Shown: positions 44,488 to 56,434, counted from the stretch's first letter. The stretch is DNA of 64,000 nt from an uncultured virus (IMG/VR IMGVR_UViG_3300031673_013668) (IMGVR_UViG_3300031673_013668); one strand, 5' to 3'. The notes: a model not told the origin generated them from the letters alone. A program made the numbers and translations.

Positions 44488-45019
44488 TTTTTAATCTCCA
44501 AAATTATGTAAACAACTTAAGAGAATAATAAACTTATGAATATTTATATCTTTCTTATTAATCTATTATTTAATTTATGTTTTCAGAGTCTCCAGCGCAA
44601 AAACCAGTGAGAATCCCTGTTTTAAATAAAAAGAAAAAAAGAAAACTAATCAAAAAATAAAGCGATTTCTGTATCTTTAGGAAGCTCTCTCAAATATGCC
44701 CATACAGCCCTATTTTTATAATTATCCAAAACAGCTTCATGTTTGCTAAACTGAAGCAAATCATTCACATTCACATAATAAAGAGGTGCTCCATAACAAT
44801 CCTCTAATGTTTTTCCATAATGAGGCTCCTCATAATTATCATCTCTGCTTAAATATGAAGTGAAATCTCCGGGAACTATATGCCCTTTCTCCCTCGCCAT
44901 TTCCTCTATCTCTCCCGCTAATTTCGATCTCTCTGCACATTCGATAATCGAATGTGAAAAAATAAAAGAATCACGTATTCCTCCAAATATAGGCAAAAGC
45001 TTTAGTCCAATTGGCATCT

Positions 45020-45388
45020 TTAATCACCCTTCCTTAAGGGAATCAATTGAGCTTCATATATCGTTTCAGGATCTATAAATCTCTGTTTAATAAGATCGGG
45101 TGGTATTGGGATCTTAAAATAATCTCCTTGTTTCTGTAATTTAACAGGAGCAAAAGGGATAATTTGATCATTATCTAGATTTCTTAATTTCACTTCAAAT
45201 AATTCTTCTGCATTTAATAATCCTTTTTGGATATATTCAGGAGGCACTGCAATTTTATAATATTTGCCTTGTTTTTGTAATTTCGCTGGAGAAAATGAGA
45301 TTTGATCCTTTCTTTCCATATATTCTTTATGATTAGAATGTATAAAAGGTTTCTGAAGACTCATACTATTTATATATAAATCATACAA
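45020..45388 (-). CDS. Tandem AbrB/SpoVT-like DNA-binding protein
   Basis: Two repeats of KLQKQG.Y.KI..PP..I; true start likely downstream of 45388. Confidence 0.6.
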   Translation of the reverse strand: MYDLYINSMSLQKPFIHSNHKEYMERKDQISFSPAKLQKQGKYYKIAVPPEYIQKGLLNAEELFEVKLRNLDNDQIIPFAPVKLQKQGDYFKIPIPPDLIKQRFIDPETIYEAQLIPLRKGD

Positions 45389-45471
45389 ATATTTAAATAA
45401 TGAGTAATATACAATTAATATATTATTTATACATGGATCAAATATAAATCATACAAACATAAAAAATAATC

Positions 45472-46218
45472 ATGACAGAATCAAAGAAGCCTAATTATGA
45501 AATTTTACCCAAGAAATTTGGTGATAAAAAGATCGAAATAATCCACAAAGACGATGAAATCTGGATGACTGCTGAAACTATAGGTGATGGTCTCGAATAT
45601 AAAAACCCTCGAAAAAGTATAATGAATCTTTATTATGCTCATAAAGATGAAATTGATGATTTCAAAGGTGTCATTGATTCAATGACACCTGGAGGAATTC
45701 AAGAAACAACTGTTTTTAGTGAACAGGGGATATATCTTTTAATCATGTTCTCTAACCAGCCCAAAGCAAAAGGATTCCGGAGTTGGGTTGCAAATACTAC
45801 AAAACAAATAAGGCAAAAAGGATATTATATCGAAAAGAAAGAGGCTCTCGACCCTTTTGACTTGAATCTCAAACAATTAGATATCATGAAGGATATTATT
45901 ATTGCTCAGAAGGCACAGCAGCAACAAATGAAATTAATAGAATCAAAAGTAGAGACTGTCAATACCGAATTAAAATCATTTGAACATAAATATGAAGTAG
46001 AGAAACCAATAAGGACCGAGACTGTAAAAAAGATCACTGATCTTGTCCAAGAATGTGTACTTAAATCTAAATTATATCATTATTTCTTTTATAAAAAAAT
46101 CTGGGATCATTTTGGGATTCGTTCTACAAAAGGAACAACTGAGACTATTGGACAGAAAATTGTAGAATTTATACAAACAAATCCAATCTTCAGGACATTT
46201 TTAGAAAAAAAAGAATAA
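45472..46218 (+). CDS. Bro-N domain antirepressor-like protein
   Basis: TPGGIQETTVFSEQGIYLLIMFSNQPKAKGFRSWV. Confidence 0.9.
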   Translation: MTESKKPNYEILPKKFGDKKIEIIHKDDEIWMTAETIGDGLEYKNPRKSIMNLYYAHKDEIDDFKGVIDSMTPGGIQETTVFSEQGIYLLIMFSNQPKAKGFRSWVANTTKQIRQKGYYIEKKEALDPFDLNLKQLDIMKDIIIAQKAQQQQMKLIESKVETVNTELKSFEHKYEVEKPIRTETVKKITDLVQECVLKSKLYHYFFYKKIWDHFGIRSTKGTTETIGQKIVEFIQTNPIFRTFLEKKE

Positions 46219-46460
46219 TAGAATAAAATAAAAAAATAGGTAAAAAAACAAAATGTGCGAAACCAAGAAATTAATGGAAAGGAATGATTCTATTTATATA
46301 AAACTTGAGGTTGAGCTCCCTATAGAATATCATCCTTTTTTCGAGTATTTAGAACTTTATTTCAACCAAAAACCGAAAACCTATCTCGAATTCATTATAA
46401 AACGAGAGATAGAAAGCAGAAATTCTGAACTCCATTTTTTTTAATCTTTATTTTCTTCCT

Positions 46461-46563
46461 GATCGCCTCCTTTAAATATCGAAGTTAGGTAGATAATATT
46501 GATGGTCATAACTTCGACTAATCGAAACATTTAAATACTCAATCATAATATATCTTATTAGAG
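46461..46563 (+). promoter_or_regulatory. 103-bp promoter/stem-loop repeat, copy 2
   Basis: Near-identical to 33014..33116. Confidence 0.85.
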
Positions 46564-46598
46564 AAAAAAAACAAAAATAAAAAAAGTGAAAAAAAAGC

Positions 46599-47018
46599 AT
46601 GGAAAAAATAGAAAAATATCTTATGGCTGAAAGAAAGGGGCTTATTCCTAGTGGAGTTATTGAATATCATGGGATTCAACAATTCCAATCGAAAGAGAGA
46701 GGGATCATGAACCCTGGTCTTATCGAAGATGGAAAATCCCAAAAGCGATATAAAATATATCGTGAACTTCCGATTTTTTATGACTCTGAGGATGATAATA
46801 TTGCAGAAATGAATAAAGGGGGAATTATGCCCTTTGAGGAGTCTGTAAGAGCACATTGCCGTTATGGTTGTTTTTTATGTCCTTTCGCAACCAAAACATA
46901 TTATGAAGATTTGAAAGAGAAAGATCCTGAGACTTATCAAAGATGCAATGAGTTAATGGAATTAGGATCTGAAGAAGGCAAACGATATTATTATTACAGG
47001 AAAGCAAAAATAATGTAA
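46599..47018 (+). CDS. Protein resembling the C-terminal segment of PAPS-reductase/DndC-family enzymes
   Basis: ELPIF and RYGCFLCPFA motifs; lacks the SGGKDS PP-loop. Confidence 0.55.
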   Translation: MEKIEKYLMAERKGLIPSGVIEYHGIQQFQSKERGIMNPGLIEDGKSQKRYKIYRELPIFYDSEDDNIAEMNKGGIMPFEESVRAHCRYGCFLCPFATKTYYEDLKEKDPETYQRCNELMELGSEEGKRYYYYRKAKIM

Positions 47019-47038
47019 AAGTGAGGTAGATTAAAAAG

Positions 47039-48256
47039 ATGAAGATTATTGTTTCATTTTCAGGGGGAAAGGATTCTGTTGCTATGCTTGTCAAACTCAT
47101 TGAGGAAGGGATATATTTTGATGAGATTATATATGTAAAAGACTTTTTTCCATACCCCTCTTTTATCATGGAGCATTACTTCACTTATATCGAAAATACA
47201 CTTCATATTAAAATCACTAAATTAGATTTAGATTATAAAGAACATATTAAAAAGAATAAGCTTTATCCAAGCAAAAGAATTCCATTATGTTCTCGATTAA
47301 AAGCAGAAACTCAATGGAGATATCTAAAACAAAAATATGGGAGAGATGAGAGCATATTATTCTATATTGGAACTAGAAAAGATGAATCAAAACAAAGAGA
47401 AAATTATGAACAAGAAGGAGAGTGGTATTGGAATAAAAGATTCAGATGTAAACACCGATATTATTATCCCATCTTTAATTTTACTGAGGAAATGGTTTTT
47501 GATTTCTTAAATAAAATGAATATTAAATTAAATCCCTTTTATCATATTTTAGAAGTATCTAGATTAGGATGCTCTTTATGTATGAATGGTAGTAAAGCTA
47601 AGACTTGGAGTTTTTTTAGAGCGTTTCCTGATGATTTTAATGAATTTGTAGAATTTGAAAAAGAAATGAAAGAAGCATTCCCAGAAAAAGATATAAAGAT
47701 GTTCTCTAAATATTCAATCAGCAGCCTTTATGAAGAATTTAAAAGAAAACTTGATAATATCCCAATCAAGGACGTTAATGAGTGTATAAAGGAATGTCCT
47801 TATTTATATCCAATCTTAAAAGAAAAACTTGATAAACTTACAATTAAAGATGTTGTTAATACTTTTGTTGATGTAATTAAAATCCATTTGCCTGATGACT
47901 TTTATTCTTTAGAACATAATATTAGACTCAATAAAATAAACAACCTTTTTCCAAAATATATTAATGAATTGTCTACAACGAAAAGGCAGATTCTACGATA
48001 CGTACTAAATAAGATCTCTGAATGTAGAAAAATCGAGATTATTAATTCTGTTATTAAAAATACAATTCAATCTTTTTATAATGATAAAAAGGTTCAAGAC
48101 TTTCTCAAGAAAGAAATGGAGAGGATTATAATCGAGCAAGGCTTACCGGAAGATTATTTTCAGAATGAATATCTAAACCAAATGAAAGAAATAGATAAAG
48201 TAATAATCACCTTAAATGAGAATGGATTCTTTAAAAGGAGGGGGTTCTACTCCTGA
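47039..48256 (+). CDS. PAPS reductase-family (PP-loop) protein
   Basis: SFSGGKDS, CSRLK, GTRKDESKQR, YPIFNF, RLGCSLC. Confidence 0.9.
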   Translation: MKIIVSFSGGKDSVAMLVKLIEEGIYFDEIIYVKDFFPYPSFIMEHYFTYIENTLHIKITKLDLDYKEHIKKNKLYPSKRIPLCSRLKAETQWRYLKQKYGRDESILFYIGTRKDESKQRENYEQEGEWYWNKRFRCKHRYYYPIFNFTEEMVFDFLNKMNIKLNPFYHILEVSRLGCSLCMNGSKAKTWSFFRAFPDDFNEFVEFEKEMKEAFPEKDIKMFSKYSISSLYEEFKRKLDNIPIKDVNECIKECPYLYPILKEKLDKLTIKDVVNTFVDVIKIHLPDDFYSLEHNIRLNKINNLFPKYINELSTTKRQILRYVLNKISECRKIEIINSVIKNTIQSFYNDKKVQDFLKKEMERIIIEQGLPEDYFQNEYLNQMKEIDKVIITLNENGFFKRRGFYS

Positions 48257-48357
48257 TCGCCTCTTTTAAATATCGAAGTTTAGTAGATAGTATCGATGGT
48301 CAGGACTTCGACTAATCGAAACATTTAAATACTGTATTCAATTTAATACTATTAGAG
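48255..48357 (+). promoter_or_regulatory. 103-bp promoter/stem-loop repeat, copy 3
   Basis: Near-identical to 33014..33116; starts within the stop codon of the PAPS reductase gene. Confidence 0.85.
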
Positions 48358-48402
48358 TAAAAAAAAGAATTAAAAAAAAACCTAAAAAAAGTGATAAAAA
48401 AA

Positions 48403-51400
48403 ATGTGCGATAAAAAAGAATGTGAAGCGTGTGGTGATAATGTCTATGATTGCCTTTATAATGTTGTTTTTACTGATGGTCAGAAAACAGAAGCATGTAA
48501 TATTTGTTTGATTGAATTCTTTAAGGAAATTCCAGCAGAGATCTCTAAAGTGGAGGCGATCTAAAGAATGGCAATTATAAACCATAGAATTGTTTTAACT
48601 GAAAATGATTGGATTGAATATAAAGATATCCACCGAATACAAACTCCAGAAGAGCATTTGGAGATGTATTGTGAATGTTGTAAAGAAAGGGATGGTGAAT
48701 ATGAAGTTACCCTCCATATATTCTATATAGAAAGAGAGGATACACTTGTATTATGTAAAGAATGTGTAAAACTCTTATCTTCTTCGATTATAAATGATGA
48801 AGATTTTAATTCTTTAGAAATACAGAGATTATAGGTGATGAAAAGATGGTTGATATAAAGAAAATTATGGATAAGATTGAATGGATGATTTTATCCGTAG
48901 AAAAACATTGTCAAGAAATCAAGAATAATGGTGAAGAACCTAATTTTGATTTAGTGCATCAAATAGCAAAATTTCAATGTTTGAAGGATTGGATTGAAAG
49001 GTTGGAGGCGTGAATAAAATGGTCGTTGTAAAAGTCTTGTCAATATATAAATCAGACGCAATAAATAAAAAGGTCATTCTTTCTCTTAAGAAACTCATCC
49101 TCTTTAATGGAGAGAGAAGGGGTGACAGAGCAGTCTTAACAACATATTATCTTACTGATATTATTGCAAATGGGAAAGCTCCTTATAATCATCATGGAGA
49201 ATCAGTTTGCTTTTCCAATCAACAAATCAATATAGTTTTTGAATTCCTTCAGGAGAGGTTATGAAAGAAATGTCTGAAAATAGAGAATATGAAATTCTTA
49301 GGCAATATCAATTAGACAAAATTCCATCAGAGATAAAGACACAAATAAAAGTTTTTTATGAAAATGGTTTCTCAATCAATTCAATCAATCATATTACAGG
49401 AGTCGAACATTATCTTATAAGGAGAATTATTAAGGGGAGTGAATAAAAAATGGTCAATAAAAACAAGAAAATAGAAGAATTAGAGGCAAGAATAAAAGAA
49501 TTAGAACAACTAAATTCAAAATTAATTAGTCCATATAAAATAGATGCAAAATTATTTGCTCTTAAAGGGGCTTTTGATAAAGTTCCTGATGATATAGCAC
49601 CAAGTCAGGACAAAGGCATTTATTTCTATAAAGCAATTGATGATTTTAAAAAATTTATGATCGAAATAATAAGATTATTATAAGAGGAATAAAAATGTCA
49701 AAATGTAAAGATTGTGGAATAATCCATATAACGGATAATGATTATTTTTGTCCTGAATGCCAAATAAAATATGAGAAAAGAACCGAATTTAGGGCATTAA
49801 TGGACAAATTAGACGCTATTGTTAATTTGGACCATTTTGAGGCGAGTTATATGTCCGGATATTCTTATGCAGAAATGGAGAGCTTTTCTTTAATTCTTAG
49901 AAAACTTCAAAAACGCTTTCATTTTCCAATTGAGAAAAAGGATTTTGTTAATAGTTATGCGAAAAAGGAAGCAGAAGGCCTCTTTGAAGATCAATATCCT
50001 GAATATAAAATAAGGCAAAAGATAGAGACTAAAGGCTACCAAAAAATCAAGAAACAAATCGAGGATCATGAGAAAGTGAAGGATATTGATTCTTTAATGG
50101 GTGAGATTATTGATATTATATTTGAAACAATATTTAAGGAGGAAGAATAAATTATGGATGACATAGAAGAAATGGATTGGATATGGGCAGAGAATAAGAT
50201 TAATTCTACACTCTGTCTTTGTTGGCTTGATGAGTGTGCCTGTCAATTTCAGAGACATCGAGGGCCATTTACGTTTTGTGAAAGTATTGAGATCTGGGAG
50301 AAATGCTCTGGAAAAGAGATTCATAAAGGAAATAACGAAGAAATAAATTATGGAGACAAAACACTCATACCACATAAATTAAACACAAGACCCCGAATTA
50401 TAGAATATATATGGTGTTTATGTTGCAATCATATGTTCTTTGCGGATCACTCTGAAGCCTATGTCTGCCCAAAATGCCATAAAGAAATAAGTTTTGAAAA
50501 AGAAAACATGCGATATATTGTAGATAAATAGGAGTTGATATAGAAATGCCCTTAAATAAGACAAAAGATAGATTTTTTTTAAAAAGTTTTCATTTCAGGC
50601 ACGCATCTTTTTATCGCTTAGCAAATGATTTTGATAATTATTTTGTAGAAAATGCAGGAGAATATGATTCTACTGTAAAAGACATCAAAAATGTTAAAAA
50701 GAAATCATTAGAATACATAAAATTAATCGAGATGGCACTACTTCGATTAAAAGAGAAATGGAGTAAAATAAATTAAAATAAAAAATAAAAAATAAAAAAA
50801 GTGAAAAAAAATGGCTAAAAAAGAGAGATTCTTTAGTTATGAACCCTATCAGGAAAAATATTATTGTCAGAAATGTGATATAAATCATAAATTTAAGAGT
50901 GGAATTGGAATGAACCATATTAAATATGGAGTTCATCCTTTTGGAGTTCCAAATACAGTAGTGAAATATGAAGGAGAGTGAATAAAGAAATGGAGATAAT
51001 GAATCAAAATGACCTTTTTCTTTATTGTTTAATTAATTGGGAAAAGATAGAGGGAGATAAGATCCCTAAATCTAAAATAAATAGGGATTTTCAGAAAATC
51101 ATTAAGTTCTTTAAACGAATTAGTGAAATGAAAACATATTACTATATTTCACATGGATATCTTAAGGATACAATCATTATATATACAAAAAAGGATGGTT
51201 CAAACTGTTATTCTACTAATACCATAGGATTACACCTTCATTTAAAATACTTTGATTCTATCCTCAAAGTAGATGCAAATATGATTCGATTTAAAGAAAT
51301 TATTGAGGAAATTAAAAAAGAGTATCCCTTATTGAATTTTGAAATTTATTTAGGTGCTGAATTACAATATTATGATATTAAAGGAGGTAATATTAATGAG

Positions 51401-53866
51401 CTTAAACCCGGAAACAATAAAAGCGATTCAAATTAAATATCTAGATTTAAAGATGGACTCTGATTTTCATAAAGGATTTTTTGAATTTTGTAATAAATAT
51501 GATGTTCCAGTTTCTGAAGAGACCCATAATGCAATTATTAAAACTAAGAAATATATCTTATCAGAGAGAAGGAAATTAATGAGACAATTTCCTTTCTTAA
51601 AAGAATTTAATAAGAAAAAGAAGTGATTAAAAAAATGCCGTTAAATAAGACAAAATTAATAAAAATGATAAAAAAGAGAGAAGAGAAACTTCAGCGTTAT
51701 ACTAAAGAGCTTGAGGCACTTAAAGATAAAAAGAATTGGCGTGAGAAAGAGAAAAATAAAGATCGATTAAAGGATAAATCTGAGGAAGACATCGAAGGAT
51801 ATTATAAAATCGATACATGCAGTATTAGCATTGCTCAATTTTCTGATGAAATCGAAATCGAATTATTAAATAAGATCTTAAACAAATATTATCAACCGAA
51901 GCAGCGCAAACCACGCAAACCAAGTAAATTTGAACAAGCGAAAGAAAGGTTACAACAATTAGAAAAACAATATAATGAAGGTTCCATAATAATTAAGACG
52001 GATCTCCAATGGGAGATTGATAATCTTAGAAGCTTTATTTCTGGGATCGAACAAATGGAAAGGGCAGAAAAAGCACTAAAGGAGGAGCAAGAAATTGTCG
52101 AATAATCAGGATGAGATAAAAGAAAAGCTTCAAGAATGGGGTATTATTAAAAATCAAGCTCACCTTCAATTATATTATGAGATAAAACCAATGAGGATGA
52201 TTGATAAAATTAATGCTTATGGAGAAGCATTTATGGAAGACTTTATAATGATCATAAAACTTAAAGAAGAGCATTTAATCAAAAGGTTTATCAAACGTGC
52301 GAGAAGCAGGCTCAATCAAATCATTATTGGAGACTCATTTCTTAATATTAGAAAGGGTTTTCAATTATTCACTGAGAAGTGCGAGCATAGAGTTATAAAG
52401 GCATGTACTATAAAAGGTGAAGCATGTAATCTATTAATATGTCCTGAAATAATAAGCCTATTAGGAGGTAAACAAGAATGAAGATAAAAGACATCAAGGA
52501 TGAGATTGATAGGATTGCTTGCACAGTTATTCCTAAAGAGTGTGAATCATGTTCTCTTTATACTGAGCTTCAAAAACTAGACCGAGACATTAAAGCAACA
52601 TCAATCAAAATATCATCAAGAAAAGGGAATTATATATATTTTTATCCTTACACAGTAGAATACCAAAAAGATATCAAAGTAAACCGGGAGAAACTTAAAA
52701 AACCCATCGGAAAGATGCTTAGAGAAGTATATGAAAAAAAGAAAAAGATAATTAAAGCCATGAATTGCGAAGAATTAGAAGCAAGTGGGCTCTTAGAAAA
52801 ATACGAACCTAAAAACTCATCTAAACAAAGAGAGAAACAGATTGCACAACTTCTTAAAATATTAGAATCACAGGGAGAAAGTAAGGATCCTATAGATAAA
52901 AGTATGACTGTTTCAGAAATCGCTACAAGGCTTAACATTCCTAAGAGAAAAGCACAGTATCTTTTAATGGCTCTTATTGAATTAAAAAAAATAACAAGAG
53001 TCAGGAAAGGCTCTCAATTCTATTATTATATTGAAGAATTAAATGAAAATAAAGAAGGTGTTTTGAGTGAAGATTAGGGCATTTATTGATCATTTAAAAG
53101 AAATTGAAAAAGAAGAGTTAACTGTATCGGAGCGATTATTCTTCAATAGGATCTTGACTAGATTAAGTGATTGTTTTGAAGCTAAAAAAGAGGTATGGTT
53201 TAGACGTGAAATACATGCGTTAGATCGAGTGAACCGAGAAAAACTAAATAATCTCATTACTGATGATTATAAAAAAACAATGAAAGAAATACGTGAATTA
53301 GATACAAAATAAAGAGGTGTAATCTAATAAATGGAAATTATTATTGATAAAAAAAAGTTAAGAGAAAAGGGCCTAAATGCAGAAGCTATTGAAAGAGTAA
53401 TAAAGAAGACAATAATTTTGCAATTAGAAATTATTGAATTTAATGAACTAGGAATATATATGAATGGTGCAAAACGACATATATACGTTAAAGATGAAAA
53501 AAACGATATTCCTTCTCTTTGTGGAGATTTTAGTAATGAAAGATTGCCACATATTATTCAAAACTTTAGTCGCTTTTTCTCAAAAGAAATAATGAAAATA
53601 AGTAAGGAAATTTTGTGTAAGGAAAATAAAGAGGTGTAGAAAAAGTGAATGGATTCTATGAGGCATTATTGATGGCGACAGGCATTATGTATCTCTATGC
53701 ATTAATTTCATGCCAATTATTATTCTTTTGCAGAAAAAGTATTAAAAGGAATAAAACAAAACTTAAATTAATTATATTTTTGATTTTCCTGATGTTATTC
53801 CTTTTCTGTATGGCAATAGGGACAATTGCACTAATAGTGTTGATTTTATTAATCCTTTTAAAATAG
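48403..53866 (+). other. Polycistronic run of ~17 short hypothetical ORFs
   Basis: Tightly packed ORFs with SD motifs, downstream of promoter repeat copy 3. Confidence 0.7.
52478..53077 (+). CDS. Protein with C-terminal winged HTH
   Basis: MTVSEIATRLNIPKRKAQYLLMALIELKKI.RV.KG...YY. Confidence 0.65.
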   Translation: MKIKDIKDEIDRIACTVIPKECESCSLYTELQKLDRDIKATSIKISSRKGNYIYFYPYTVEYQKDIKVNREKLKKPIGKMLREVYEKKKKIIKAMNCEELEASGLLEKYEPKNSSKQREKQIAQLLKILESQGESKDPIDKSMTVSEIATRLNIPKRKAQYLLMALIELKKITRVRKGSQFYYYIEELNENKEGVLSED

Positions 53867-54772
53867 TTTTTTAGAGAGGTATGAAAAAAGGATGTTTTTT
53901 TTAAAAAATGCGGATCGCCCTCCTCCTGAAGAGACTATTAATAACTTCTTTTTTTCTTTTTAATTATTTTAGCAAGGTAGTAATGTGTTTTTTTTTTCAC
54001 AACAAAAAAAGTTTCTTCTTTTGTAGAGCTTTGAGTTCCAACTACCTCAAATCCTGCTTTATCTAAAATCTTTTTTGCTTCTAAAAATTCAGACGCAATT
54101 TCCTCTACAAAATTCATAGTATTCATCATTTAATAGAGAATCAATTTACTATTTAAATCTTTCGCAAAAGTACTATAAAATCTTAGATAAATCTCATTAT
54201 ATTCCCAGATTTTTATATATTTTAAATTTCAAAAAATATATTCTTTGATCAAATGATCCTTTAAGCAAAAGAAAGTTAGCCGCATGATAAAAATAAGAAA
54301 ACAAACATTTTTAATAGATTAAAATAGGATAGATTCCCGCATATTTTAAAAACTTCTTTTTTTCAGTTTTCCTCTTTTGTTTTGATTTCGGGTCCTTACA
54401 ATGTGTGCAATTTCCCATACAAATCTGAAAATAGGGATGTAGAAAGAGAAAAGAGGATTTATTATTATAAATTCGCTTGGTCCGAGTCATTATTCTTACC
54501 TCTTTAATATAAAAAAGAGAATGAATTCAAGAATAGCCTTTTTAATATCCAATATCTCAGGGAGGAATGCAAATTATGGCTAAATTCTTAAAAATTCATT
54601 CTCTCTAGAAAGAATTAGACACACAGATATATTAATTATACTTTGTCATCACAATTTATATTTCTTAATTAATAACTAACCCATAAAGACAAACTTAACC
54701 TTTATATATTTGGAAGGCTAAATATAACCCATACACACATTATTTAACTCAAAAAAAAGGTCTAATAAAAAA

Positions 54773-54997
54773 ATGGTAACTGAAACAGAAATCGCAATAG
54801 CCTCTCCAGAGGGTACTCCTGAGAGATTGTTTGTTCAAAAAAAAGTAGAAGACTACATTCATAAAAATGGATGTAATGTGTCTGGCGAAGTAATTGGCTT
54901 AGGGGCATTAAATAATGAGATCCAGAGAATCTTAGATCGAGCAATCGAAAGAGCTAAAGCGAATAATCGAAAAACAATCATGGCAAGAGATATATAA
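54773..54997 (+). CDS. Prokaryotic histone-fold protein (Bd0055/face-to-face-like singlet)
   Basis: LFVQKKVEDYI...CNVSGE....LN..I..ILDRAIERAKANNRKTIMARDI; RKT and RD motifs; own promoter and T-rich terminator. Confidence 0.85.
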   Translation: MVTETEIAIASPEGTPERLFVQKKVEDYIHKNGCNVSGEVIGLGALNNEIQRILDRAIERAKANNRKTIMARDI

Positions 54998-55075
54998 ATA
55001 AATTGCTTAAATTCAAAATTATTTTTTTTCTTTTTTTAATTAGGCCAAACAACAAAATAAACTAAGGTGATATAA

Positions 55076-55522
55076 ATAAAACAAACAGCAAATCCAAATC
55101 TTTTTGAGGGAATATCTACTGCATTTCTAAATCCTTTTATTATTGTCTTAACACTGATATTGATTATTATCTTCGTGGCAGCGAGTATTCTTAAAGCATC
55201 TAGCATAAAAAAAGTTTTTCATAATCTAAGTACCGAATTAAAATACCAACTCAAGAAAAACCGTTTAATGAAAAAGGCGAGAACCGAACAAGAGAAAAGA
55301 AAGGTGATCACTCTAGAGATTATAATCTCTGTATTATTAATATGTTTAGTGATTGTAATAATGGCTTTACCCTTTTATCTGTTCTCTATTCTCTCTCTCT
55401 CATCTGGGGAAAATACAATCATCTTCATAGAACTCATTATATTAATCCTCTTTCCACTCCTTTTGGTTGCGAATGCCCATGATAAAATATACAAAACCCT
55501 CGAAAAAAGAATAAACATATAA
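55076..55522 (+). CDS. Three-TM membrane protein, probable ATA start; paralog of 57537..57959
   Basis: AFLNPFII vs AFSNPVFV; both end YK.LE.R. Confidence 0.6.
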   Translation: MKQTANPNLFEGISTAFLNPFIIVLTLILIIIFVAASILKASSIKKVFHNLSTELKYQLKKNRLMKKARTEQEKRKVITLEIIISVLLICLVIVIMALPFYLFSILSLSSGENTIIFIELIILILFPLLLVANAHDKIYKTLEKRINI

Positions 55523-55568
55523 TTCCTTTTTTTTTAATTTATTAAAAAATAAAAAAAGAGAAATAAAA

Positions 55569-56381
55569 ATGATGTTAAAAAAATCTCTAATCAGAAAAGA
55601 AAAGAACCCTTATAATTACACAAAAAAGAACGGAAAAAGAGTTCACGTTCCTAAGCATAGTCAGAGATACTGGAAAGGGCAACAACAAGGAGAGGGCAAT
55701 TTCAAAAAATTAGTGGAAGAATCGAAAAAAGAATCAATATCCAGAGAAAAGGAAGCTCCTAAAGAGGAGAAAAGGCAGAAAAAGGTCACAGAAAAAAATA
55801 AAGAGATCCTAGAAAGATTAGACGAACTTGAGTCTAATGATAAGGTATTTTCAAGATGGGCTACTTCTCCTGAAAATGTATCTCTCCCTTCGTTTGAGGT
55901 ATATGAAAATGTAATAGATGATTCAATAGATGAAGAAAAATTAGGCAGAGCATTAAAGAAAGCGGGATTATTACCAGATGAAATAGAAGCAGGAGAATTA
56001 TATGAATGGGAAGTTTATGCATCTGATTTATTAAAAAAAGCAGAGAAAGGAGATATGAATGCTAGAAAAGAGGTAATAACTGCATATCTCTGGATGCATG
56101 ATGATACCATCCCTTATGATATTTCTGAGAGGGAAATTGAAGGTAAAAAACAAATAGGATTACAAGCTCATGGAGTAAATGCGACTTATCATGGATATAC
56201 TGGGGGTGCTCCAGCAGGGATTCGTTATATTAGTTATCTTACAGGAGACATTAAAGGAGATAATTTACAGAATGATGGATCTGTTATTGAAATTGATAAT
56301 ATTATTGCTATCTATGATAATAAAAAACAAGAATTCGTTACATTAGATAAAAAAACAATGGAAACCCTTGAAAAGGAATAA
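55569..56381 (+). CDS. Hypothetical protein with basic N-terminal YTKKNGKRVHV..H motif
   Basis: 270-aa ORF; basic N-terminus, acidic globular C-terminus. Confidence 0.65.
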   Translation: MMLKKSLIRKEKNPYNYTKKNGKRVHVPKHSQRYWKGQQQGEGNFKKLVEESKKESISREKEAPKEEKRQKKVTEKNKEILERLDELESNDKVFSRWATSPENVSLPSFEVYENVIDDSIDEEKLGRALKKAGLLPDEIEAGELYEWEVYASDLLKKAEKGDMNARKEVITAYLWMHDDTIPYDISEREIEGKKQIGLQAHGVNATYHGYTGGAPAGIRYISYLTGDIKGDNLQNDGSVIEIDNIIAIYDNKKQEFVTLDKKTMETLEKE

Positions 56382-56434
56382 GACTTCTTTTTTAAAGGAT
56401 AGAAAAAGACCTAGCTTTCTGTTTTAATTTATTA

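Noticed and set aside
33014..48357. Repeats as a CRISPR array
   Set aside because: Copies are long, kb apart and separated by genes; no regular repeat-spacer period and no cas genes
55569..56381. ADP-ribosyltransferase toxin call
   Set aside because: Only a vague R/S pattern; cannot be supported without a structure search
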